This document shows positions 26,130 to 39,322 of a stretch of 64,000 bases of DNA, piece after piece (position 1 is the stretch's first letter; each line of letters starts with the position of its first letter). The translations under genes and the position numbers were made by a program. The notes beneath the pieces are model-generated. The model was not told the origin of the DNA. It did no database searches and saw only the letters and a program-made list of their open reading frames with translations. The DNA lies in contig CM114271.1 in assembly GCA_050084515.1 (NCBI GenBank), forward strand, positions 16,988,001-17,052,000, in the 5' to 3' direction. The DNA comes from Blasia pusilla. Taxonomy: Eukaryota.

Positions 26130-27910
26130 TGACCCACGGCGCGTCCTCCGTATGCATGCGACGACAGCGATGCAGGTGATTGTGCCCTCGTACATGCCAT
26201 GCCCGACATGGTGCGCCACGTCATGTCCGCGTTCCTTCACATAACAGAGACCAGGAGGTGGGGTTCGTCGGGCGAGGCGGCAGAAGAGACGGACGGCAGC
26301 GGGAGCGGACGGAGTGTTGGAGCGGGTGTTGGGAGGGTTGGCGAGGGAGAATCTTTGGACACGGTCACCCGCGCGGCAGTGCTATATCGGGGGACAATGT
26401 TCCAGTATCGCAGTCCACTTCCGAGACGGCTCTCCGACCAAGGAGCCGGATTCCTCCGACGGCCGCTTCCGACATTTTCGGCCGGACAGCCCGCTTTTGG
26501 TCGTCCGGACCGGCCGCTACATGTGGCAGCCCTTTAAGGACTCTACAACATCATGCATCCATTTATACCTGACCAGTTGATGACCACGACATCGCAGAGA
26601 GCATGGGGATCCGTGATGATTGTTCGAGCGAAGCTGCATGCCATGTCCGCCTGCAAGGGAACTTTGTTTTGGGACGGGGCGACTGACCCTCCCCCCCGTC
26701 CCGTCCCTCGAATGAAGTTATATATCCCGTCGATTGGACTACGGCGGTGGATGCAACAACAGCTCAGCGCGCGGGCAGGCAGGCCCGTCGCGCACACGGC
26801 GACCGTCGGACATGCCTCGGGCTGCGACCGCGGTTTGCTTGTCCCTTTCGGCACCGCTCGGGCGGGGCGTACCACGTCGGCGTCGCAGGCTCGGGCGCGC
26901 GCCCAGCATTCCTCCCGCCGGCGGTTTCGGACAATAATCTTCCCGCTATCCCGGGTTGGTTCGGTCCGGTTCGGTAACTTCGCTCCCTGTCCCACGACTC
27001 CTTCAAACGAAACAGGACCGCTTCTTCTCGCCCCTCACCTTCTCCGAGAAGCTTTCCGGTCCTACGCGACGATCGGACATCTTACCGCCTGTCCCTCCGC
27101 GCTATCCCTCCTGTCTTCCTCACGACCACACGGCCGGGCGGTCCACCCCTGCGTTCTACCTCCCAGATCTCGCGCCGGCGGTTTCGGACAGTCGCCGTCT
27201 TTTTCGGGGATGCTTCCTTTTCGCAGGCGTCATCTTCCAGGATGCTCCCTCCCTCCCTCCTTCGGCCCCCCGGGAGGATTTTTTTTCACGCCTCTCCGAA
27301 CATCGCCAAGGATTCCGTGTGGCCCCCACGTCTTCTACCGCTTGGCTGTGCGCTGGGTACAACAAACAGTCCCGCACTACATTATCTTTCGCTCGCTGTA
27401 CATATACGGCTGCCCTCGCTGTCATTATTTGCTCGATTTTTCCTTCTTCTACTGAGAGAGTCTTATGACACCATAAAGTTGCGCGACCCGGGCCATTTAT
27501 TTATTTATTGATTGATGAAACTGCATATCCTCCTCCCCTGCCCGCCCTGCCCGCATATCCTCCTCCTCCTCTGCCCTGCCCTGCCCTTCGTGTCGTGTGC
27601 GGATGGTTTGCGGGGGGATATATATCGCCTCCGGTGCTTCCTTCGATTTAAATTCAATTTCTCGGAGTTGAGCCCAATTCCTTGCCACGTGCGAGAGGGC
27701 GACCGGGTGTGACTTCCATGCCCGCCGCTTTCCTCCGTCGCGGTCTATGCACGTCCGCCCGGCCACGTACTGCGTCTTTTGTTTGCTTTTGTTTTGTGGG
27801 CTTTTCTCCTCTGTTTATTTATGCAGATATGTCACTGTGTCGAACTTTCGATCCTTCCACCGTTTCCCGCACGCTTTCGGACCGGTCTCCCGCGCCTCTG
27901 TCCGTTAGAA
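26130..27910. promoter_or_regulatory. Isolated CpG-rich non-coding island with ABRE/G-box cores
   Basis: Sharp GC/CpG-rich block within CpG-depleted AT-rich DNA; ORFs show no recognisable domain; CCACGT at 26216, 26872, 27326, 27685, 27763. Confidence 0.5.
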
Positions 27911-30900
27911 CTTTTTGACATTTTGGTTTTTTTCTCCCCTTCTTCCATACGGAAAATGAATAAATAATTTAAGAGGATTTTCTATTTTAGTTTTCTCACC
28001 TTTTTTAGAGTACTCTGGCCACAATTTTGGAAAGGAAAGAGAAGGGGAACAACAAAAAGATTAAGGAGCCCATCCCATGGAGTAGGGCTACTTCAAGAAG
28101 AACGTTTTTCTCTTCGGAAATGGTTTCCTCATTTCTCCATGGCACTTGCACCACTACTCGAATTTAGCATCATGCATGACAATGTATGGGGTTCTGAAAC
28201 ATGGTTTTCAATATCATACCCAAAGAAAAAGTATTAAGGGATCCATAAGATGTCGGTAGGGATACCTCTCGATTCAATAACTCATCCGTAAGGGATCCTC
28301 CTTAATGTGGATCACATGTGACATTTGTAGACAAGCCCTTCAAAGAAACGCGAGAGGGATTGCCGAGATCGTGTCCCACCCTTCCAATGAGTCATGGGAT
28401 CTGACATGTCGCCTTGTGGGTTTGAAGTTGATTGTAGATGCAAGAAGTCGATATAAATCAAGTTGCTACACAATGGGATTCTTTGTATCCTCTATTGCAA
28501 CCAGTTTTTGGCGAACAAAATAATACCTGCCCTTTTCCGTTTGCAACTTTTTAGTCCCTCCAACTATCATATGGTGAGTAGCTCATCCTAGCCCATTGGA
28601 CACCAACATAACACGCCTTATTGGCCGTTAAACTTGTGGCAATACTAAGGAAAATCACCAAACTATTCTAAAACTTAGATGGTAGGATTATGCAAGCCCT
28701 CAAATAGAGATCTATTAATAAGGGTTGTGTCAATCAATTATGTAAATTTTTTATTAACAATATGCTTTTGTAGTCTCGTGTTATGGATTGGTCTTAAAAA
28801 AAGGGGGAGGGAAACCTTTTCTTCTTAAGTCTTGGTTCTTCGATTATGATATTTCATTCTTCATCTTTTTCCTTTCATGAATAAAATTTCACTTAAATGA
28901 TAGTAATTTAACTTGAATAGACTCTAAAAATCACTCTCTTCTGCCAAAACAAAAACAAATAAGGCTTCATTTTATATCATGTGAGGAGGGAGATTGACGA
29001 ACCTCAATAGCAATTTTCATTTAAAACATATGGCTGACTACTTTTTTTTATCTTTGTCTCTCCTCTGTTTGTGTACATAGCATGTCCTTTTAAATTTGTT
29101 GTCTGCCCTACATCTACCCTATCTTCTTTTGCACATCCATCCATCTTACATATTTCACTAACCTAGCCTAGCCTAATCTATAATACTCATCCATCCATCC
29201 CCACAATCCATTTGTCTTATCTCTTACCATCCTCTTATCCCCATATCATTCACCTATTTCTTTATCATGCCCTTCGTCCTAAGATTGAAACACATAACTT
29301 CAAGACCTAATTAAATTACCAATTTAATATTTTAACCTCCAGAAATGAAAATTGGAAACTTGGAAACAACTTTTAGGTTGTTTTCCACAAGGAATCATTT
29401 AGAACTTTACTTCTTATATAATATAGTCCTACAAAATAAACAAAAAACTCTAACGATAAGTTGAAATTCACCCTTTCGAAGATTTTATATTCTAATGAAT
29501 ATCATTGAATATCCAGTATATATCTTTAGTAGAGAATGCAAAACTCTAAAACACCCATATTTGTAAATACATTACAAAAAGAAAGTATATGCATGATATG
29601 TTTCTTTATATGCCATTGGATCTAGTTCCTGAAATTTGGAATTCTTGGAGATATGTTGCGCTTCGCGCCAAAACTCCATAAATATCAAGCCTAAGTAATA
29701 TTTTCACTCCTTCCTCTCCAACCAAATGACCCCGCCCATGTTATTTCCACAATGTAGCATTAAAGAAAATCTCCTTGAGTGAGAGTTTGGATGGATAACC
29801 AATTCTTCTTCATAACAAGCATATCTATGCATATTTTATTTTAGAACCAACTTTTGAATTTCGGTAGAGTGGTTGGATTAATTTTCATATTTGAGAATTT
29901 AAGTACTTAAAATCCTTTATGAAATAAATTTTAAGCCTTATCAAGCATGATCTTTAAGAATATTATATATCTATTCACACAAATAATTTCATAAAGAGCT
30001 TTCAACAAAAAATGAACAAGATGGTAATTTTACAATACAACCAAATAATATGAATTATCTTTTGTAAATACTTCTACTAAATAGTAAGAATTGTAATCTT
30101 TTTTTCATTAATTTTTTTGAGTAATGGTAGTAATTACTTTTTATAATCTATATTTTAAAATATTCCAAATATATATTTTGATCTATGCTATTTTATGTTT
30201 CTATTCTTTTATTCCTAATATAAATTGAATGAAAATTACATACAAATCCAATGAATCTAAGAAGAAATACAAAGTTAAAATTTGTAGATGATAAAATAGA
30301 AAACCAAGTATCAATGAAATTTAATAATATTTCAAAGGTGACTTATACAAGTATAGAACCTTTCCATGGAAATTATATACTTTTATCTTATTCATTCATT
30401 ATATATGTAGGAGCAATGAAAAAACTATAGTCCATTTTTTTACAAATTCTACTTCATTCATAATATAATGAATATATTTGGTCCACTAAGTTAAAAATCA
30501 ATGTCTTATTTTGCATGTTTCAAATGACGGCCGCCACTAAAAGATACTACTATTGCCTTCTTGTTAACACATGTTCATTTTTAGCATGATATACAGTTCT
30601 CCGTTTTTAGCAATTATAAATTTTGTATTTTTTCCAAACTCTAGAAAAGGCACAAAACATCTTATTATTTCATTGTGAGTTTCCAATTATTTTAGAACAC
30701 ATTTTCCATAATAAGTAATATCCTTTCTTGGCTTCTAATAGAGATGAGACTACTGAGTGTTTCATTCTTACAGTGTCTCATGTAACTTAGTAGTTTACCT
30801 TATTCTTTATATAATTCCATTGTTAACAAAGGAAAGTGTACTATTGCATGAGAATTCTTTATCCCAATGAAGTGAAAGTGTTTTAAAAACAAAATATGAT

Positions 30901-33900
30901 GTGCTATATTACCTCTTATGGAAAATAAATATGATGGATCACTTAGTTACATGCAATTACATAAAATGGAAGACTTAGTAGCCTCATAATATGGTAGATC
31001 ACTTGTTATTGAAAGAAAATTCTAGAGGAATTGAAGTCTTGTAGATGATCGATTAGATGTCTCTTCCTTTGAGTGAGTTGGTTTTTTTAATGAAAAAAGA
31101 AGAAGAAATATGGATTATTCTAAAAGAGAAAGTCATCTACCATACTAACTTAACATGTATCGATAGGATCTTAATGCATTATATATGTATTTTTTTGGTA
31201 AGATGACATCGCGTGTCTTCCTTTCAAAAAAGATGATGTGGATAGATATTCCTTATTTAAGAAAACTTTTGGATGCAAATTATGTGTGAATTTTGTATAT
31301 ACGAGATACTTAAATATGTTATAAGGATATCTCAAATTATGCAAGAAAATTTTTTCTCATGGTCTTTTATGGTTTTGATTATGGTCCCTATAGCTACTTT
31401 TTTTTTTCGGCCATCTAGGGTATCCACGTGTCCTCTACACGTATATATTAATTACTTTCTTCCTCGCCCCTCTCAGAGGGTTGTACACACTGGTTCTATA
31501 GAGAACACTAACTAACACCTCTTAAAATATAAATTGATTAGTCAATGACAACTTCTAACTATTAGATTTATCTCTCATGTTTTCATAGAATTCTTGTTGA
31601 TCACCTTTGGTTATTATGATAATAATAATAATACCCCATCCTTATTATTTTATTTATTCCAGTATTTCCCAATTTTGATCATTCTAATATGCCTTGTTTA
31701 TTCAATGAATGAAAAAATTAGCTTCAAGAAATTATTTAAACTTATAAATAATCATGTAAATAATATTGAAATGATGTAATATAGTCAAAATAATAATAAG
31801 AAAATAATCATTTAAAATTTTTATTTGATATTTTAGAGGTTTTGGAATCCTTACATGTGAATATTGCAAACATGTACGTGTATAATGCAATCCAAAAAAC
31901 TATGAGATTTTTCTAGATTTTGAGGAATAGTCATTCCAAATATTTAAAAATATATCTTTTAACCTAAAATAATTATAATAGCCTTCTAAAATAAAAATAT
32001 AATATTTTTAAACCCTTAATTTAATTATATATTTTCTTAAAGATATTGGATTATTTAGGGTTTTAATGAAGTTCATACATATCTCTCATTTTCAATTATA
32101 AGAAAAATAATATGTTAGGTCTTGGTTAGTTGCTTGTACTTCTTTTATAGCTTTATCCCTTCATTACAATTGTTACTTGTGTTTATGTTGTCTACTATCC
32201 TTGCATGCCGAATATGCCTATGTCTATCTATGTGTTTTTGTGGGAAAATTTGCTAATCGTTATTAGTAAGAATTTTGAATTACTTCCATCTATTGTTTTA
32301 TGAGTATCCAATGTGCACTTTATCTACTCCAATATATAACCGTCATTTTATTTTTCTTACTTCCCTCTTTGAGTCTCTACAATCCTTCGCCATGTTTCAT
32401 GGTCAATCAATGGAGCTTTGTTGATATCATATTCACATTGATTCATGACTTTCTTGAAGTTGTAACATCATGCATATATACAAGTCTCATGGTAATTGAA
32501 AGACGAATGCAAAAGAAGAAGAAAAATACTCCCATCATGTAGTTGGAGGTAAGAGTCCATAAGACATAACCATGGTTCCCAAACTCCTCAACTTCTCCAT
32601 CATATCCAAAAGAAAATAAGCTAATTAGTCCTTATGTGCACAATCATCTAATCATGTTTACCATACATACACTTCTTGAAATGAGAAAACATGTTGAGGT
32701 TGCTTGTCCCGTGTTTGTGAACTTCTTCAACGTTATACTACATTACTCACATTCATATGAATCAAACTTGACATTTATGAGTAAAAATGCATAGAGTCTT
32801 GATATTGTCACTCTTGTAAATGTGGTTTCAAGTGTATTTTACACGCTCGTTCGTCATCATCTTCCACCTTCTCCAAATATATTAGCAACACGAAGCCATA
32901 ACACATACATTAACCATCATATTTGTACTACAGAATATGAACTCTATGTTTATATTCCCTTTCCATGCTCTCCTTGATATCTATCTCTTTCTTTACCAAT
33001 CTCTTCAATTTAAGAAAATATCTCTCAACTAAAGATCTAGAAGGAATAATAGACCCAAATATAATAGCTTCCTCTCTACATGGATTTGATTTAACAAGGA
33101 ACTTCATCCCATAATCAATAAGGATAAGAGAGCCTTCTTTCATAATATAACCACCTTTTCCAATACTACCTTGAGCTCCATCCACTTGATAAGATATACA
33201 AGTATCTCTTTGTTGCATACTCACATATAAGTGAAAGGTACAAAATCCATTTAGTATATGAACATCACGTATCAATATGAGCACATAGCCATATAGTAGG
33301 CTTGTTATTGTGATTCTGCTTTCGTAATGGGCTTATGGAGATAAAGAAATTCATGTAGTGGGGTACCTACATGAATTTTGGCATTCTCAAAATAACAAAC
33401 AAGCCCACTATACGACTATGGGCTTATATCGAGAAACACACATGTATGCAACAAAAATAGTGCAACTATATGCAACTATGAATAAGTGCAATCCCTATGC
33501 ATCAATTTACTCAATTAATTAGATGTGAAAATGTTCACATGTGCAAGAACTGGTTACAATTTGTTGTTACTCGCTGCTCATCTATGATAGGCCTTACCAC
33601 TCTCTGCTACACGGGATGACATGGGTGGGAACTTTCAATTCCGTTCCTATCTGTATTGCAATTATTTCATACTCGACAAGCATTGCATCCAGGTGAGATC
33701 TCCCAACCCACTATGCTAGTGACTTAGCTCTATGCACCTTGCGACTGCCTACTCATTTCATACCCTAAAAGCTTACCAGCCCCGTTTATGGAGTTGAGAA
33801 AAAAATTTCTCAGTTTTAATTGCAGTAGTCCCCAATTTCCAGCTCTCTATTTTCCGTGTCCATATGGAGGTCGATTTCCAAATAAGTGGTGAGCCCACTT

Positions 33901-36900
33901 CAGCACCTCCAAATCTACCTTCTTCAAGTGTGATATCCCTTATTATGTGCATATGTTGATAACGACCTTGTTGGTGGGAAGATGAAGAGAAGTGGATTTT
34001 TAGCCAACTTCTTATAGGCTCGAGAATTATCACTCCCTTGTGTGCAAAGATCTTCTCCATATTGCATATGCACATGGTTGATGAACCTAATTTTCTATTA
34101 CATGTGGTACATCTGTTGACTACTACATTTTCCCTACCTAATAACAAATTGAATCTCTACACTATCTTGTGTGGATATTTGTAGAAGGGAATTGTAGTGC
34201 ATTGTGTTTCTCATGACTAACATAAATTTTCCTTCATTATAGTATTCGTGTGAAAACATCTTAATAGTCACTCCACTCATCATACATGGTGGCTCCCTAA
34301 ACTAAATATGCACGTTATCGTGATTTGAATCTTCTTTTGTACAATTTGCTTTGGCTTCAGATCTGCTTGTGCACTATGCCACAACCATGCATTTGCTATT
34401 GTGTACAGTAATTAATTTTCCCTTATTTTAGGTTTTATGCATGTCTCGGTAACCACGTATACGTATACATATCCCTTCTTCCTAACATACGATTTCTCAT
34501 CATAAGCACCGTCACCTACAAGCATGACAGACATACAGAGGAAAAATTGCTGCTATTTCATCCTTCCATATATGATGTACTATCCGGGAAGAATAAAACT
34601 AGAGTACTTTCCTTACTCGCCGACTACCTCTATAATCAAAGAATGCAACTTTGATGCTTTGTGCAAAATTGTTGGACTATAGCAACATTGAGGGTACTCA
34701 CCTAGGATAATGTGTTTCGGCCTATTTAATTTACCACAGCAACACATTGTGACACTCATCCTGATACCCATTTAGCCAATATAGGTAGTACAAAGCATTA
34801 TAGGATAGGAAATACCACTATAAAATTCAACTGCAGTTGCCTTGATGCATTGGGCAATAGCGCTGCAGCAACCCCCCTCAACTTTCTCGTTGTGGTAAGC
34901 ATAAGTTATGGTACTTCACATCAACAATGCAACCGTGCCTATTGTAATTTGAAACAGAAAAGATGAATCCATGTTTATTTGGATCACTCGGATACTGTCA
35001 AGGGTTGAGGAAGAAAAATTCATTAACTGGGGAGGTCCGTAGTGTAAACTAGCCATATATGGACTATTTCTCAACAAGCATGCACAAGACATACTTGGTG
35101 GCAATTTAATGTGAGGGCTCTTGACTCATAGACATGCTAAGTGGACAACTCGGTTCAAGTTGAGGCAACACACTTCCTACATAGATCGACAACAATTAAT
35201 TTAAAACTCAGAACATAGACTTTGGCAAGGGCCTCTACACGGCCACCACCCCATTAATCATCAAACACTGTGGAATCTTGGTGATGATTGTTATGTGACT
35301 TGGACACATTTGAGTTATTAATTTCCTGGAAATCAAGTAATGGTTACCACAACGAAAATTACTTTTGTTGTACAACTTTGTTGCAGCCTCTGGTGATATC
35401 CTTAGGAGGATGTTCCACACTTTTTGCATGAATCATGATCGCAGTAAGTATACCATCACATCGTCACTTTCAATGGTTCTATAAAGTTTTTGTGTTGAAA
35501 ATCATGTAAAAATCCAAAATTTTAAGGGCTAGATTGCAGTGACTCTCGTTTCTTCATTGTGCGCTACAAGAACTGAGTAAGCGCTTTCATGAATCTGGCA
35601 GCACTTTGACTCAATGAAAGGCACGTTATGTTGTACCTTAAGAAAACTGCAAATCCAACCTACTTCCTAGTCCCTTACATTGTGAATCACTTGCTCCTCG
35701 AGTACTAAACAACTAGCGCACACAAGGACTCAGTTGCACTTCTTGTAAAACAACAACCACGTTTATTGTGCAATTAACTAATCAGCATATTATGTTGATG
35801 GTTCTTACAACTCCAAAGTTCTCCTTCTCCACTAGTGCCATTGCAAGGTACATTAAGCATTCATATGGTATATGTACTCTAGTGATAGGCAACTTTGGGA
35901 TAGTGGGCTAGCAAAGAACAAGGGAAACTAGTTGCTAAATTATTGCCTTCCAACCACAGAGTCCATTACACAAGTAATTTTTCGATGAAACTATCACCTT
36001 AAGGGCTTGCCTTGCCTATCGTGAATTTCAATTGCAGCTTTGGTACTTCTCTGAAAATACTGTGCAACCTTACCTTGTTCATTGCCTATATGATCAGGGC
36101 TTGGAGCCAGAGTAGCTCTGTTACGTGCAACATATTAATAACTTACTATTTTTTATACATACATAGTTCCTACCTAATACAATGGAAAATTTCGTAATAC
36201 ACCATGTCAACAAAGACTTATTACTACATACACTTGTAGGGTAACCACATGTTTAAGAGTTTTTGTCTCCTATAACCTTCTCTTTACCATACATGGGCAA
36301 TTATTACACATGTTCTCCACTTCAGCTATGCACGTATAGCATGTAGGTGTTACATACCCTTTGTGATAGTCTCCAAGGTCCCATATATATGTGTGATATT
36401 AACAAATTTGTTGCAATACACAATATGTATGTGTATTAAACCCGGTATGGTTGTACAAGAAACCATGACCTTACAAATTTAGATGTCAATTTTGGGACAC
36501 CATTGTCATAATAGTACACAACAGACATGTGCACATCAAAAAGATAATGAACAAACATAGGTTTAAAGCTTGCAGGAGCCGTGCAAAAGCTAGTGTAGCT
36601 GATAAGCATAAAGTAGCGCAAAAACCTCTCACTAAGGTCTAGCTATTTATCTTTTCAATGTCGGACAACTAGAATAGCTAGTGCTCCCTTCTTATAATAC
36701 ATATTAGATGTTGTGGCTACTATGGTGCAGTATTATACAACAACGGCCACTTAAGGATAACGATAGCCGCTACATAGGTCTGCCTCCCTATATCCTATGT
36801 AACGGGTATATGCTATAGTATATGATGCCCTCTCCTAATAAATTTGATGTTTTTCAACACTGCCTTGACAATAGCCCTTGCACAATTTACAATGTGTACA

Positions 36901-37543
36901 TGACTCTTGCTTATATGTGCGATGTCCTAGCAGTGAACCCACTTCACCTCCAACTACTTTCACTCGTTGAATAGAGGATGGGTATCGAGATAAAGTACAT
37001 CGACTTCCACTGGGTAATTTTTCAGGTTAGCTCGCTTATTGATTTTCCGTTGGTCACCTGATGCAATAAAAAAACCATTATAGAAAATGCAAACTATATC
37101 TACAACCAAGTGAGGAAGGTTTTTCTGGTTAATTTACATGTGAACGAGCTTTATTTACAATACATGCCGATGATTCAGCTACCCAATCCCACCTGTGGTC
37201 TAGTGGACTTGCCCTCATCATTTGTAGACCATATTATTAGACCATCCCAAGAAAGGGGCCAACTAATGCAAAGTATGGCACGTGACCCTTATCACGAAAA
37301 GCTAAACGTCCTATAGGTTGTATAGAATTCCCTACCAATTAACATGAGGCCATTGTATTACATTTTCCATAATGGTAGTATTTTTCTCATAGACGATCCA
37401 AACTTTGGAGATTAATTTCTTAGTGACAATAATGGTATCTCCCATGATGCCAAACTCACTATTGGAATAGACATATTCATATTTTTATTCCGGTATCTCA
37501 AGGGTTACTTCAGTGGCACAACAAAATTTGTTGAGTAGTAAGA

Positions 37544-38670
37544 CTTACGGGCCCATCGAGATCTAGTAAGACTTTTTTCATCCTCTTTATACGTGCATAC
37601 TGGAAGTCCACCTCTATTACATTCCGTTTGATTGCAACCATTGGCATTGTTGTTGTTGTTTGTATGCATGAAACAAAAACTACCATCTACTCCGCGTTAA
37701 GCATACCAATAAGGGGTGACCTACCTTCATTGCATGGTGCATCTGATCAGTATATCAGGCTGAGGAATGCTAATGTTTTTTTCGTGGATGAGTGCTAGAT
37801 GTTGACGCCATGATTCATGTTGACTCTTGCTATGAGGCTTCACCGGATGTCCTTTCTCTCTACTCCGTTCCTTTCTCAAAGAAGCTTGTCATATTAGTTG
37901 GCGACCATTGCCAATTTCCGCCAGATTGTTTCGCCCTAAATCCGCTATACTTTGCTTACTATGTCACATTTTGTCCTCGCCATTTTCCCCACAAAGTTTC
38001 AACTATCGACAAGAGTTAGGCATAACGATGATCCCCCATTCCTATAATTCTTATCGAGAATAAGGCTCTCAACACCAACCCATGGTAACATAGATCTCCA
38101 CTTGGGAACTTTTTTCATTGATGAGAATACTGCAATTTATTTTCTTGATGAGGACACTCACGTAATTTGTTCATATCGATGTGATGTAAATATTCTCAAT
38201 ATTATTGCACTTTAGCGACTTCTTGGTAATATAGAGATATTCCTTGTTCACGTCATCACAAATGCACCTAGTGAGCCATACTTTCTCCACTAGGTTTAAG
38301 ATACTGACTTCCACCAACTCTAGTTCCTTGCAATTGATTGTAAAGTCAAGCTCACATCCAATATTGACATCGATAACCAAGAATTCCATGGGACATTTGA
38401 AATTGTGCTTGACTATGTCTTCATTGAGAATCAGATAATAGCAATTATTCTTAAATTGCACTCTAACAACAAAGTTATCCGTGTGACACAAACAAACTTC
38501 TCCACTCTCTGATATGGCCTTGAGAAAAAGTATCAAAAGAAAACTTTTCCTCTTGGTCTTGGATTGTTGAGAGTAAGTTCCTCCTTCTTATAAAGGCAGA
38601 ATTTGCTCCCGGGCTTGTGTATGTCATGCTATCCAAGGTCAAAACAAGAGCCCACTTACGAATTACTGGT
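37544..38670 (+). pseudogene. Degenerate PIF1-family SF1 helicase, probably the helicase part of a Helitron-type RepHel
   Basis: Ordered motifs: LTGPSRSSKTF (Walker A, 37544-37576), ATIGI, TIYSALSIP, VFFVDEC*M (37775-37801), KLVILVGDHCQFPP (~37880-37923), KVKLTSNID, GLVYVMLSKVK (38611-38643). Stops and frameshifts, no introns seen. Confidence 0.85.
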
Positions 38671-39014
38671 TCCATATCCCCATCTAATACGAGTGTATAT
38701 AACTAGCAACTTACTTGTTTCTGCTTAATTTTGCTTTGTATTGCAATGTTGGAAACAACTCTATATAAATAGTATGGCAATCAACAACGGATTAGTAAAG
38801 GGTCATGGAAGGAGGTCAGCTACGCTTGTTGCTCCCATGTATGGCATGGATAAGTCTCCGTCACCATTGAAAGTGTGGAGAAAAGACCAATCCTGTTGAG
38901 CGATAACATCTCAGAGAATCAACGCAGTCCTTTACCGGTGCCTATTGCTCTCTTCCACCAAGTCGACCTGCACCCACAACTCGCTTGTTTATATTCATTG
39001 TTTCATGTTGCTAC

Positions 39015-39322
39015 CATGGTTGCACAAAAGGGGACAAGCCTGTCCCTATGACGAATATATCCACGCACATGGATTGCAAGAGATTGAGCCCACACTTGTA
39101 GTTCATGATGGAAGGTAGAGAAAAGTCAAAGGGGGCAAGAAGGGAGGAGGAATTGGGATGGAGGGAGGAAGAAATAGGAGATTATAAAACACATAGGCAA
39201 GTGGGGGGAATGAGAAAGAAGGGAAAAGTGGGGCCACATGCACAAGTCCTTCCATAAGACAAACGTAAGTCTAGGAACATGGACATCTCTCCAGACACGG
39301 ACTTTGTCCATATGCAACCTTG
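39015..39322 (+). mobile_element. hAT-type MITE, copy 3
   Basis: TIRs CATGGTTGCA / TGCAACCTTG; perfect 8-bp TSD GTTGCTAC at 39007-39014 and 39323-39330. Confidence 0.92.

Noticed and set aside
26553-27455. 300-aa ORF and overlapping ORFs in the CpG island
   Set aside because: Arg/Pro/Ala-rich, open in several frames as expected for GC-rich DNA; no domain recognised.
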